This document shows, piece by piece, positions 44,003 through 53,404 of a stretch of DNA of 64,000 bases. The notes beneath the pieces are model-generated. The model did no database searches. It was given only the letters and a program-made list of their open reading frames with translations, and was not told the origin of the DNA. The stretch spans positions 2,359 to 66,358 of the forward strand of contig CAYNYJ010000004.1 in the NCBI GenBank assembly GCA_964401355.1. The letters are read 5' to 3'. Each line of letters opens with the position of its first letter. Within the stretch, counting starts at the first letter, position 1. Both the position numbers and the translations under genes were made by a program. The stretch is from an uncultured Ectothiorhodospiraceae bacterium. GTDB taxonomy: Bacteria > Pseudomonadota > Gammaproteobacteria > SZUA-152.

Positions 44003-45040
44003 ATGGATATCTCAGAATTGCTGGCCTTCAGCGTCAAAAACAACGCATCCGACTTGCACCTCTCCGCCGGAGAGCCACCGATGATCCGTGTCGATGGCGA
44101 AATCCGCCGCATCAACGTACCGCACATGGATCACAAAACCGTGCACGCGCTGATCTACGACATCATGAATGACCGCCAGCGCAAGGATTATGAAGAATTC
44201 CTCGAGGTCGATTTTTCATTCGAAATTCCTGATCTGGCCCGCTTTCGTGTCAACGCCTTTAATCACCAACGTGGTGCCGGTGCAGTTTTCCGGACCATTC
44301 CCAGCATCATCCTCAATTTCGAACAGCTGGGCTGCCCGGCCATCTTCGCCGACATTGCCGATACACCTCGCGGCCTGGTGCTGGTCACCGGACCCACCGG
44401 CTCGGGTAAATCCACTACCCTGGCGGCCATGGTGGATTACAAAAACGACAGCGAACACGCTCATATCCTCACCATCGAGGACCCCATCGAATTTGTCCAC
44501 AAATCAAAAAAATGTCTGATTAACCAACGTGAAGTACACCGTCACACCTTAGGCTTCAACGAAGCCCTGCGCTCGGCGCTGCGCGAAGATCCCGATGTGA
44601 TTCTGGTGGGCGAAATGCGTGACCCGGAAACCATTCGTCTAGCGCTAACTGCAGCCGAAACCGGCCATCTGGTATTTGGCACCCTGCACACCAGTTCTGC
44701 CGCCAAAACCATTGACCGTATCATCGACGTGTTCCCAGCGGCAGAAAAAGAAATGGTGCGTTCGATGTTGTCCGAATCCCTGCGCGCGGTTATTTCACAG
44801 ACCCTGCTTAAAAAAGTCGGTGGCGGCCGTGTCGCGGCCCACGAAATCATGATTGCCAATCCGGCGATTCGTAACCTGATTCGTGAGGCCAAAGTCGCGC
44901 AGATGTATTCCGCCATCCAGACCGGTCAGGGCAGCGGCATGAAGACCCTCGACCAGGATCTGCAAGCATTATTGAAAAAGGGCATCATCACCAAGCAGGA
45001 AGCCGCGTCCAAGGCGGTGAATAAAGACACCTTCCTGTGA
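44003..45040 (+). CDS. pilT: Type IV pilus retraction ATPase PilT
   Basis: MDISELL, GPTGSGKST, TIEDPIE, AIRNLIRE motif. Confidence 0.97.
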   Translation: MDISELLAFSVKNNASDLHLSAGEPPMIRVDGEIRRINVPHMDHKTVHALIYDIMNDRQRKDYEEFLEVDFSFEIPDLARFRVNAFNHQRGAGAVFRTIPSIILNFEQLGCPAIFADIADTPRGLVLVTGPTGSGKSTTLAAMVDYKNDSEHAHILTIEDPIEFVHKSKKCLINQREVHRHTLGFNEALRSALREDPDVILVGEMRDPETIRLALTAAETGHLVFGTLHTSSAAKTIDRIIDVFPAAEKEMVRSMLSESLRAVISQTLLKKVGGGRVAAHEIMIANPAIRNLIREAKVAQMYSAIQTGQGSGMKTLDQDLQALLKKGIITKQEAASKAVNKDTFL

Positions 45041-45205
45041 TAGAGGGTATAAGCGATGCAAGCTGGGAAGATTTACCTGAATGCAGGATCATTTTTTATT
45101 GCACAAGCGTTCAACAGGTTTAATGGACAACGCAGGCCACTTTAACTCATGAGTCGGCAAGCGTTAGCTTATACCCCGTAAACCCTCAGGGATAAATCGT
45201 CACCC

Positions 45206-46360
45206 ATGCCAGCAAAACCTTATAATATTATTCAGGATTTTCAGGCGCTACTGAAAGTTATGATTCGCAAAGAGGCATCGGACCTGTTCCTGACGGCGGG
45301 GCTTCCGGCCAGCCTCAAGATTAACGGCGAGATTTCACCCATCTCCGACGCCCCGCTAAATGGCGACCAGGTGCGCAAGCTGGCAATCTCACTGATGAGC
45401 GATCCGCAGCGCAACGAATTTGAGCACACCCTGGAATGCAATTTTGCCATTGACCCAGCGGATACCGGTCGCTTTCGCGTCAATATATTTCAGCAGAAAA
45501 ATCACGTCGGCATCGTACTGCGCCGCATCAAGACAGACATTCCCACCTTTGAAGAACTTCAGGTACCTGAAGCACTGGCGGAACTGTGCATGGCCAAGCG
45601 CGGCCTGATTATTATCGCTGGTGCCACCGGCACCGGCAAATCCAGCACCCTAGCCGCGATGATTGGGCAGCGCAACCGCAACAGTCATGGCCACATTATT
45701 ACCGTTGAAGACCCCATTGAATACGTGCACGAACACGATGGCTGCATCATCACCCAACGTGAAGTAGGCGTTGACACCATCAGCTTCGAAGCGGCGTTAC
45801 GCAACACCCTGCGGCAGGCACCAGATGTAATTCTCATCGGTGAAATTCGCACCCGGGAAACCATGGAACACGCCATCGCCTTTGCCGAGACCGGCCATCT
45901 GTGTCTCACCACGCTGCACGCCAATAACGCCAATCAGGCGCTGGATCGTATTATTAATTTTTTCCCCAAAGACCGCCGCGAGCAAACCCTGTTGGATTTA
46001 TCGCTTAATCTGCGCGCCATCATCGGCCAACAGCTGATCCCCACCAAGGATAAAACCGGCCGCTGTGCCGCCATCGAAATTCTCATCAACACACCGCTGG
46101 TCAGCCAACTGATTCGTGAAGGCAGTGTCACTGAACTCAAAGAGGTCATGGGTAAGTCGAACCAGCAAGGTATGAATACCTTCGACCAGGCCCTCTACGA
46201 ACTCTACAAAGCTAAAAAGATTTCTTACGATGATGCCTTGCACCACGCCGACTCTGCCAATGAACTACGACTCATGATCAAGCTGGGCAACAAGGCCAGC
46301 GTCAAAAACATGAGTAATGCGCTCAGTGGGGTCAGGCTGTTGGGCGTGGATGATAAATAG
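45206..46360 (+). CDS. pilU: Type IV pilus ATPase PilU
   Basis: GATGTGKSS, LRQAPDVILIGEIR, HANNANQALDRI, ADSANEL. Confidence 0.93.
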   Translation: MPAKPYNIIQDFQALLKVMIRKEASDLFLTAGLPASLKINGEISPISDAPLNGDQVRKLAISLMSDPQRNEFEHTLECNFAIDPADTGRFRVNIFQQKNHVGIVLRRIKTDIPTFEELQVPEALAELCMAKRGLIIIAGATGTGKSSTLAAMIGQRNRNSHGHIITVEDPIEYVHEHDGCIITQREVGVDTISFEAALRNTLRQAPDVILIGEIRTRETMEHAIAFAETGHLCLTTLHANNANQALDRIINFFPKDRREQTLLDLSLNLRAIIGQQLIPTKDKTGRCAAIEILINTPLVSQLIREGSVTELKEVMGKSNQQGMNTFDQALYELYKAKKISYDDALHHADSANELRLMIKLGNKASVKNMSNALSGVRLLGVDDK

Positions 46361-46366
46361 GCGGGA

Positions 46367-47242
46367 TTATACTGCCGGGAACACCGCGTTCGCCTCAAAC
46401 ACCGGTCCATCCACGCAAACACGTTTCATCGCCGGGCCACTGTCTGTCTGCACCTCCACGGTACAACCGGCACAACCCCCCACCGCACAGGCCATGAATT
46501 CTTCCAGTGACACCTGACAGGGTAAATGATATTCCCGCGCCAATCGGGCGACGGCTTCCAACATCGGGTGCGGGCCACAGGCGAACACCGCGACTTCTTT
46601 ACGCTGTTCTACGCTGAGCGCATCCAACCAGGTGCGCGCCAGATCGGTCACATAACCTTCAAAGCATCCCGCATAGCCCTGTAAACTGGCGAGCCGTGAG
46701 GGGATACCCCAATCGTCCATCAAGGGCATCGCCGCAATCACCTCGCTGGGCACACCGGGCACCATCAACTTCGACGGCTGCGCTTTGAACGGAAACGGCA
46801 CCTCTGAACCCATGATTACAAACGGATCGTAGGCACCTTTGATTTCCCGCAGGGCGTCGGCCAGAAACACCATGGGTGGAATGCCCACGCCGCCGCCAAT
46901 CAACAGCGGGCGCGAGTGCTTCATGTGCGGTGTGAACGGCATGCCAATGGGGCCCATCACGGAAAGCACATCGTCTTTTTTACGCATCGCCAACAGACGC
47001 GTTCCCTCGCCCAGCACCTTGAACAGAAAATCCACCCAGCCGGCCTTAGCGCTAACCCGCATGATCGATAGCGGTCGGCGCATCGGCAAGGCCGGGTCAC
47101 ATTGAATATGGGCAAACTGCCCGGGCAGCGCGCACGCTGCCATCTGCGGGGCGTACAGACGCAAAATGACTTGCTCACCCGGATGATGTTCGCATTCCAG
47201 GATTTTGGCGTCTTCAACAAAAATGGTATCGCGGTGGGTCAT
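46367..47242 (-). CDS. pyrK: Dihydroorotate dehydrogenase electron transfer subunit
   Basis: RRPLSI FAD motif, GGGVGIPP, ACGP, MACAVGGCAGC...VCVDGPVF [2Fe-2S] motif. Confidence 0.85.
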   Translation of the reverse strand: MTHRDTIFVEDAKILECEHHPGEQVILRLYAPQMAACALPGQFAHIQCDPALPMRRPLSIMRVSAKAGWVDFLFKVLGEGTRLLAMRKKDDVLSVMGPIGMPFTPHMKHSRPLLIGGGVGIPPMVFLADALREIKGAYDPFVIMGSEVPFPFKAQPSKLMVPGVPSEVIAAMPLMDDWGIPSRLASLQGYAGCFEGYVTDLARTWLDALSVEQRKEVAVFACGPHPMLEAVARLAREYHLPCQVSLEEFMACAVGGCAGCTVEVQTDSGPAMKRVCVDGPVFEANAVFPAV

Positions 47243-47275
47243 ATTCAGTACCGAGGTTCGAATCACTAGGAAAAA

Positions 47276-48553
47276 TCAGGCTTTGACGTTAAACACCAGG
47301 TGCCCGGCGAGTAAAGTATGGGTTACACGGCCCTTGAATTCCCAGCCCAGGAAGGGCGAATTCTTTCCTTGGCTCCACATCGTCTCAGGGCTGAGCTGCC
47401 AGTATTGCTCGGGATCAAAGATGCACACATCGGCGCTATCACCTTCAGCAAGACCCGCGTCCAAACCGATAATCTCGGCAGGTGCTTGAGTCAGGCTGGC
47501 AATCGCCTTCGACAAACTCAACACACCCTCATCCACCAGTCGCAACGTTAAGGGCAACAGCGTTTCCAAGCCACTGATGCCAGGTTCGCTGGAGGGAAAC
47601 GGTGCCAGTTTGGCATCCAGATCGTGCGGCTGGTGATCCGAGCAAATCGCACTGATGGTTCCGGTTTGCAGGGCCGCGCGCAGACCGTCGCGGTCGCGCT
47701 GGGTGCGCAGCGGCGGCTGCACATGGCATTGGCTGTCAAAAAAACCAATGTCCATTTCGGTGAGAAACAGGTGGTGCGCAGTGACGTCCGCAGTCACCGG
47801 TAGGCCATCGTATCGGGCACGCGCAATCATTTTCACCGCTCGCTCACTGGAGAGCTGACAGAAATGGGCACGCACCCCGGTCTGTTCGATGAGATGCAAC
47901 TCGCGCGCCACGGCGATGGTTTCTGCGGACTCGGGAATGCCGGGCAGCCCCAAGCGCACGCTCACCGCCCCTTCGTGCGCACAACCCTCAGCGGCCAGCC
48001 ACGGGTCTTGCGCATGCAAAAACACCGGCAGGTTTTGGCTTGCGGCATATTCCATGGCACGACGCATCACTTCGGTACTGCGAATCGCCACCGAGGCATT
48101 GCTGACGCCGACACAACCGGCCTCTTTCAGTGCACTCATTTCCGCCAGCTGTTCGCCTTGTAGATTTTGAGTCAAGGCTCCCAGCGACACGACGCGCGCA
48201 AACCCGGCCTGATCCGCACGATGGCGAATCAAATCCACCACCGCCGGAGTATCCGTTATCGGATAAGTGTCGGGCGGACAGACCAGGGTGGTGATGCCCG
48301 CTCTGGCGGCGGCCCGGGTTTCACTGGCGATGGTCGCCTTGTTTTCCTGACCCGGCTCACGCAGGCGCGCATGCAGATCCACCAGGCCGGGACAGACGAT
48401 TTGGCCCTGCGCGTCGATAATTTTCGCCGCGTCAAAGCTGGCCGGTGCATTGCCCACGGCCAACACTTTGCCAGCGGCAATGTGCAGATCCGTCACTTGA
48501 TCCACGCTGTTGACCGGGTCGATGAGGCGGCCGCCCACGATGGAAATTTTCAT
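47276..48553 (-). CDS. pyrC: Dihydroorotase-like PyrC' (probably inactive ATCase partner)
   Basis: [14 protein letters not shown] lacks the second His of the HxH metal site; SDHQPH; follows pyrB. Confidence 0.88.
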   Translation of the reverse strand: MKISIVGGRLIDPVNSVDQVTDLHIAAGKVLAVGNAPASFDAAKIIDAQGQIVCPGLVDLHARLREPGQENKATIASETRAAARAGITTLVCPPDTYPITDTPAVVDLIRHRADQAGFARVVSLGALTQNLQGEQLAEMSALKEAGCVGVSNASVAIRSTEVMRRAMEYAASQNLPVFLHAQDPWLAAEGCAHEGAVSVRLGLPGIPESAETIAVARELHLIEQTGVRAHFCQLSSERAVKMIARARYDGLPVTADVTAHHLFLTEMDIGFFDSQCHVQPPLRTQRDRDGLRAALQTGTISAICSDHQPHDLDAKLAPFPSSEPGISGLETLLPLTLRLVDEGVLSLSKAIASLTQAPAEIIGLDAGLAEGDSADVCIFDPEQYWQLSPETMWSQGKNSPFLGWEFKGRVTHTLLAGHLVFNVKA

Positions 48554-49557
48554 GAGTGGCCTCCTTCCGCCGCAACATCTTCAATCGGCGGGCGCCCCAG
48601 CACCATGGACATCACCGCCATGCGCACCGCAATGCCATTGCTGACCTGTTCGAGGATCACCGATTGCGGCCCATCGGCAATTTCGGAATCAATTTCCACG
48701 CCGCGATTAATCGGCCCGGGATGCATGACAATGGCGTCGGGCTTGGCCATCGCCAGTTTACTTTTGGTGAGGCCGTAATTCTGAAAATATTCATTTTCGC
48801 TGGGCAACATCGCGCTACGCATGCGTTCTTTTTGCAGCCGCAACATGATCACCACGTCGGCATCCCGCAGCCCGGCTTTCATATCGTGATAGACGTGCAC
48901 CCCCAGACTTTCAACCTGATGAGGAATCAGCGTCTTCGGCGCGACCACCCGCACCTCACTCACTCCCAACGTGGTCAACGCGTGAATCTGCGAACGCGCC
49001 ACGCGCGAATGCATGATGTCGCCGACAATGGCCACCGTGAGCGGCGCAAATTCGCCCTTGTGACGACGAATAGTGAACATGTCCAGTAGCGCCTGAGTCG
49101 GATGGGCGTGACGACCATCACCGGCGTTGACCACGCTGACGTGCGGCGCCACATGCTGGGCAATCAAATGCGCGGCACCACTGTCGCCGTGGCGCACCAC
49201 AAACATGTCGCACTGCATGGCCTCCAGATTGCGCAGCATGTCCAGCAGGCTTTCACCCTTCACCGTCGCCGAGGTGTTGATGTTGATTTTCAGCACGTCC
49301 GCCGACAGCCGTTTGGCGGCCAGCTCAAAGGTGGTGAGGGTGCGGGTGCTGGCCTCAAAGAACAGGTTCACCACCGTCTTGCCGCGCAGCAGGGGGACTT
49401 TACGTACTTGCGCATTGCGTACCTGCGGGTCGCCCACGCTGATAAACGATTCGGCGGTGTCGAGGATATCAACAATTTGTTGGCGCTTGAGACCTTCGAT
49501 GGTCAGCAGGTGCCGCAACCGGCCCTGTTGATCCAACTGTATATTATGCTGCCTCAT
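48550..49557 (-). CDS. pyrB: Aspartate carbamoyltransferase catalytic subunit
   Basis: [30 protein letters not shown]. Confidence 0.97.
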   Translation of the reverse strand: MRQHNIQLDQQGRLRHLLTIEGLKRQQIVDILDTAESFISVGDPQVRNAQVRKVPLLRGKTVVNLFFEASTRTLTTFELAAKRLSADVLKININTSATVKGESLLDMLRNLEAMQCDMFVVRHGDSGAAHLIAQHVAPHVSVVNAGDGRHAHPTQALLDMFTIRRHKGEFAPLTVAIVGDIMHSRVARSQIHALTTLGVSEVRVVAPKTLIPHQVESLGVHVYHDMKAGLRDADVVIMLRLQKERMRSAMLPSENEYFQNYGLTKSKLAMAKPDAIVMHPGPINRGVEIDSEIADGPQSVILEQVSNGIAVRMAVMSMVLGRPPIEDVAAEGGHS

Positions 49558-50105
49558 GGCGTCTCCACCACTTCCAGGCGCAACGGTTGCGGCCCGGTCA
49601 GCTTGATGTGCTCATGTTCGTCCAACGAAACATGGTGGCCCACGATGTCGGCCTGAATCGGCAGTTCGCGACCACTGCGCTCACCCAGCACCACCAACGT
49701 GACGGACGCGGGGCGGCCATAATCAAAAATCTCATTGAGTGCGGCGCGGATGGTGCGGCCAGTGTGCAGAATATCGTCCACCAGAATAATGTGCTGGTCA
49801 TCGACGCGAGCCGGCAAATGTGAAGGTTTGACCTGGGGGTTCATGCCAATGCGCGAGAAATCATCACGATAAAAAGAGATATCCAGCTTGCCCAACGTTT
49901 GCTTGAGAGCCAGTTGCGCATGCAGTTGTTCGGCCACCCACACACCCCCAGTGTGTATGCCAATCATCAGCGCATCTTCCAGCGTACTGTTGTGAGCGGT
50001 ACCGTTAGTGACATTGCCAACGTTGCGTTCAAAATGCACCCGTAACGCCTCCGCCATGTCGGAAATCAGCACCTCTATCTGCGGGTTGGAGTCCTGTGTT
50101 GTCAT
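49554..50105 (-). CDS. pyrR: PyrR regulator / uracil phosphoribosyltransferase
   Basis: [30 protein letters not shown]. Confidence 0.93.
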   Translation of the reverse strand: MTTQDSNPQIEVLISDMAEALRVHFERNVGNVTNGTAHNSTLEDALMIGIHTGGVWVAEQLHAQLALKQTLGKLDISFYRDDFSRIGMNPQVKPSHLPARVDDQHIILVDDILHTGRTIRAALNEIFDYGRPASVTLVVLGERSGRELPIQADIVGHHVSLDEHEHIKLTGPQPLRLEVVETP

Positions 50106-50168
50106 CGTGCGCCTTTTATCTCATGCGTCATTTTAGTTTTCGAGAGCGCATTTTCACCATCGTCTGAT

Positions 50169-50603
50169 TCAAAACCTGCCACCGGCTTGCTGCCTGAGCC
50201 AGGACTCAAGAATAATTTTTGCCGCCACCTTGTCGATATCGGCGGCCTGTATCTTGCGCGACTTGCCCTTTAATTCTTCCTCAGCCTGCAAGGACGACAG
50301 TCGTTCATCCATCAAATGGGCGCGCAGATTGTAGCGCCCATGCAACTGATTCCCAAATCGCTGCGCGCGACGACTCAATTCACTCTCCGAGTTGTCCATA
50401 TTCAGCGGCAGGCCCACCACCACTTCGTCCGGTTGCCACTGTTCGATGAGGCGGGTGATGGCCTCCCAGTCCGGTTTGCCGTCAGTGGCGCGCACCGTAC
50501 ACAGGGCCGTGGCGGTGCCCGTCAATTCCTGACCCACCGCCACCCCGATGCGTTGGGTGCCGTAGTCGAAGCCTAACAGGGTGCGGCTTTTTCCTGCGTT
50601 CAT
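50169..50603 (-). CDS. yqgF: YqgF/RuvX pre-16S rRNA nuclease
   Basis: LGFDYGTQRIGVAVG, VVGLP, DERLSS. Confidence 0.95.
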   Translation of the reverse strand: MNAGKSRTLLGFDYGTQRIGVAVGQELTGTATALCTVRATDGKPDWEAITRLIEQWQPDEVVVGLPLNMDNSESELSRRAQRFGNQLHGRYNLRAHLMDERLSSLQAEEELKGKSRKIQAADIDKVAAKIILESWLRQQAGGRF

Positions 50604-51166
50604 GCGTGTCCCGCGTCACCTGTCAGCTGGTGAATGTCGATACCGATCAACTTCGCGGCCGCCTCCCAGCGCGTTGACACCTCGGCATCAAAGATAATCT
50701 GGCTGTTGGCCGCCACATTGAGCCAGGCATTGCTACGAATCTCTTCTTCCAGCTGACCCGCACCCCAACCGGCATAACCCAATGCCACCAAACTATTTTC
50801 CGGACCACGGCCTGCCGCCATGGCGGTGATAATGTCATTAGAGGTGGTCAGCGAAATCTGCTCGGTCACCGGCAGCGTGGCTTCCCACGGCTCGCCGGTC
50901 TGATGCAGGACAAAGCCACGCTCAACATCCACCGGGCCACCCCGAAATACCGGCTGCTTTTTGAGCATGTCGTCTTGCAAGGGGTGTTGGTCCATTTGTT
51001 CCATCAGCTCACCCACGGTCAAATCCACCGGCTGATTGATGATGATGGCCATGGCGCCATTTTGATTGTGCTCACAGATGTACGCCACGCTGTGAAAAAA
51101 GTTGGGGTCCAACAACGTTGGCATTGCGATGAGAAACTGATTCGTCAAATAACCGGATTCGGCCAT
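50600..51166 (-). CDS. yqgE: YqgE/AlgH family protein
   Basis: FLIAMP, GGPV, LGYAGWGAGQLE, NAWL, AGHA terminus. Confidence 0.94.
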   Translation of the reverse strand: MAESGYLTNQFLIAMPTLLDPNFFHSVAYICEHNQNGAMAIIINQPVDLTVGELMEQMDQHPLQDDMLKKQPVFRGGPVDVERGFVLHQTGEPWEATLPVTEQISLTTSNDIITAMAAGRGPENSLVALGYAGWGAGQLEEEIRSNAWLNVAANSQIIFDAEVSTRWEAAAKLIGIDIHQLTGDAGHA

Positions 51167-51215
51167 GCAGGTAGTATGAAGCCAAGCAGCAGCAGTAACA
51201 AGTTTTTGTTGTTCG

Positions 51216-51323
51216 TTAGACCGCAAATTATTTTACGGTCTATTTTGCCCGCTGTTTCGCTGACGACCCCGCCCGCTATTTTGTGGCCTATTTTTCCCGT
51301 TATTTCGCTGCCTATTTTGCCGA
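51216..51323 (-). repeat. Degenerate 12-bp tandem repeat carrying in-frame stop codons
   Basis: Minus strand reads GCA AAA TAG GCA GCG AAA TAA CGG GAA AAA TAG GCC ACA AAA TAG ... GCA AAA TAG ACC GTA AAA TAA. Confidence 0.65.
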
Positions 51324-52241
51324 GAACCGCCGGCCAGCCTCAAACACCCAGGTGCGGGTGATCACCAGTTCGTCGACCTCTTTGCGAATGTCTTCCGAGA
51401 AACGCGCAAACGGTGCGGCTAAACGCACAATGCGCATCGCGCCGTCATCGAGAATTTTGTGTCCCGATGACTGACGAATCTCGATCGCCTTGATGCTACC
51501 GTCACTGCCGAGCGTCACCGCCATAATCAGGCTGCCCGAGAGTTTTTGTCGCTTGGCCTCGTCGGGAAAATTAATCTTGCCGATGCGTTCCACCTTGGCG
51601 CGCCAGGCCTCTTCGTAAGACGCGTAACGATATTCCTGGGTGCGGGCGGAAATATATTTACGCTTGGGGCGATGCGCAAATACCCGCTGGGTCTGATCAA
51701 TCTCCGCCGAAAGCCGGGCGATCTCCTTGCTGCGCGACAATAATTGCGCCGCCGTAAACCGCTGTTCCTGCTCCAGCTGTGGCGCAGCAATACCCGCTGA
51801 AATCTTGCGTTCTGAGCTGGCCGCAGTCAGCAGCTGTTTGCGTTGCGGCTCCGGCTGGGTGGCGATCCTGGTTTCCGGCACGAATTCGCGCACTTGACCT
51901 TCTTCACCCGTGGGCACCACCGGCGTCACCTCGGTGGACGGCCGCACCTTTTCCTCAGTATCACCGCCCCCTTCCTGACTGGCCTGGGCCAGGAAATCAG
52001 CGTCTTTAATGTCTTTGTCGGTACGACTTTGCACCAGGGTCACTTCCAGGCCCGGCAATTTTTGTGGTGGCTGGAGACGATCTTCCTGACTGAAACTGAT
52101 GCCGAGAATAATCAGGCTGTGCAACACCACGGCGAAAAATATCGTCAAACTGAGACGATCACCGGTAGTGACCTTGGGACGCACCGAAGGCGTCTTGCGC
52201 GTTTGCTGCATCGGTGATTGTGTTGCTTGTGCCGCTGTCAT
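51312..52241 (-). CDS. tonB: Energy transducer TonB (TonB3-like position)
   Basis: N-terminal TM with His, ADFLAQASQEGGG, C-terminal SSGHKILD..A..IV..AAPF...ITRTW; lies between gshB and yqgE. Confidence 0.85.
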   Translation of the reverse strand: MTAAQATQSPMQQTRKTPSVRPKVTTGDRLSLTIFFAVVLHSLIILGISFSQEDRLQPPQKLPGLEVTLVQSRTDKDIKDADFLAQASQEGGGDTEEKVRPSTEVTPVVPTGEEGQVREFVPETRIATQPEPQRKQLLTAASSERKISAGIAAPQLEQEQRFTAAQLLSRSKEIARLSAEIDQTQRVFAHRPKRKYISARTQEYRYASYEEAWRAKVERIGKINFPDEAKRQKLSGSLIMAVTLGSDGSIKAIEIRQSSGHKILDDGAMRIVRLAAPFARFSEDIRKEVDELVITRTWVFEAGRRFSAK

Positions 52242-52285
52242 CTTACCTGTCTCAAAATCTCAATCTATTCTACTTTACTCTGCAT

Positions 52286-52813
52286 TCACCGGGGGCTATT
52301 CAAACGCGCCAGCACGGTGCGGGTCAACCAGCCACTGAGCACCCCCAATATAGCCGCCAGCGACATCAGCACCGGATACAGGGTCAACAGCCCCGAGTGC
52401 GGCACAAACAACAGATAAGCCACCCAGAATTGCCCACTCATGTGGGCCAGGGCCGCCGCCACGCCGAGACCAATCGGCCCCGCCGCCCAACCCGGCAAGG
52501 CCCGGGCTATCAGCACCAGCACCCCCAATACCGCCACGCTGGCCAGGGCACCGGCGGCGGAGAGGAAAAAGGTCGGCGACAAAAAGGTACCGATCAAAAT
52601 GCTGCCCACCAATACCCGCAACAGCGACACCCAGGCCGCCATTTTCCAGCCGTAGCGGCACAGCACCAACAGCGTCACCACATTGGCCAGCCCCGGCTTG
52701 ATGCCCGGCAACGGGCTGGGCAGGGCGCTTTCGGCAATATGAATGGTAATCGCCAGGGCAGTAAAGCCGGCGATGAGATAATCGTCTCGCGTGGTTTGAA
52801 TAAGTGAGTTCAT
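52286..52813 (-). CDS. Gx transporter family membrane protein
   Basis: ESALPSPLPGIKPGLANVV, GTFLSPTF, AHMSGQ. Confidence 0.85.
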   Translation of the reverse strand: MNSLIQTTRDDYLIAGFTALAITIHIAESALPSPLPGIKPGLANVVTLLVLCRYGWKMAAWVSLLRVLVGSILIGTFLSPTFFLSAAGALASVAVLGVLVLIARALPGWAAGPIGLGVAAALAHMSGQFWVAYLLFVPHSGLLTLYPVLMSLAAILGVLSGWLTRTVLARLNSPR

Positions 52814-52825
52814 GACAGCATACAT

Positions 52826-53024
52826 TTAGTCGGTATTAAAGAAACCTCAGGTGAATATGAGACACCAAAAGTAGCGCGTTTCTTAAAGAACCTACTTTTG
52901 GTAGCGAGGCAAAATTTAGCGAAAAAATGCCGCTTACACGGGGTTTGTCGATTCACGATCCCGCATTTTAAGCTGAATTTTGCCGCAGTATCGTGCCACA
53001 TGAGGGTTTCTCAATGCCTGCTAA
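52826..53024. mobile_element. MITE-like element (~200 bp)
   Basis: Imperfect terminal IRs TTAGTCGGTATTAAAGAAACCTCA / TGAGGGTTTCTCAATGCCTGCTAA; internal hairpin CCAAAAGTAG...CTACTTTTGG. Confidence 0.55.
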
Positions 53025-53404
53025 AAATTGATCGCATCGAAGCGTGGGTCACTGCCCAAAATTCGCAGGCTCACCCGGTTCGGCAAACACACCGCCACCT
53101 CACCCCCCTGGTTCAACCAACCCGCGTGCACACACAGTTTGTTGAGGCAGGGCGAGGCGGCAAATCGCACCTGACCGTCGCGCACCTGAATAAAATTCTC
53201 GCCCAGCGGCCCCGGCACCACCAGGTCATGATCGTGAAACAGATTGAGACGCGCCCAGGGTTTACCATCAACCATCACCAAGGCCTCCGCACCGTGGCCA
53301 TCGGACGACCAATAATTGACGTACAGGCCCACCAACAAGCCCGCCGCCAACAACAGCACCAGGCCATCGCCGCGACTCAAACCCAACGAGCCCCATCGTT
53401 TCAC
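53021..53404 (-). CDS. NusG domain II-containing protein
   Basis: N-terminal TM, GPLG, SPCLNKLCVHAGWL...CLPNRV, FDAINF. Confidence 0.88.
   Translation of the reverse strand: MKRWGSLGLSRGDGLVLLLAAGLLVGLYVNYWSSDGHGAEALVMVDGKPWARLNLFHDHDLVVPGPLGENFIQVRDGQVRFAASPCLNKLCVHAGWLNQGGEVAVCLPNRVSLRILGSDPRFDAINF

Noticed and set aside
47276-48553. Dihydroorotase with a mutated metal site as a novelty or pseudogene
   Set aside because: Loss of a His in PyrC' next to pyrB is the known inactive structural subunit of this ATCase class.
51283-51474. Plus-strand ORF beginning MAYFSRYFAAYFAEN
   Set aside because: A by-product of the 12-bp repeat, antisense to tonB, with no RBS.
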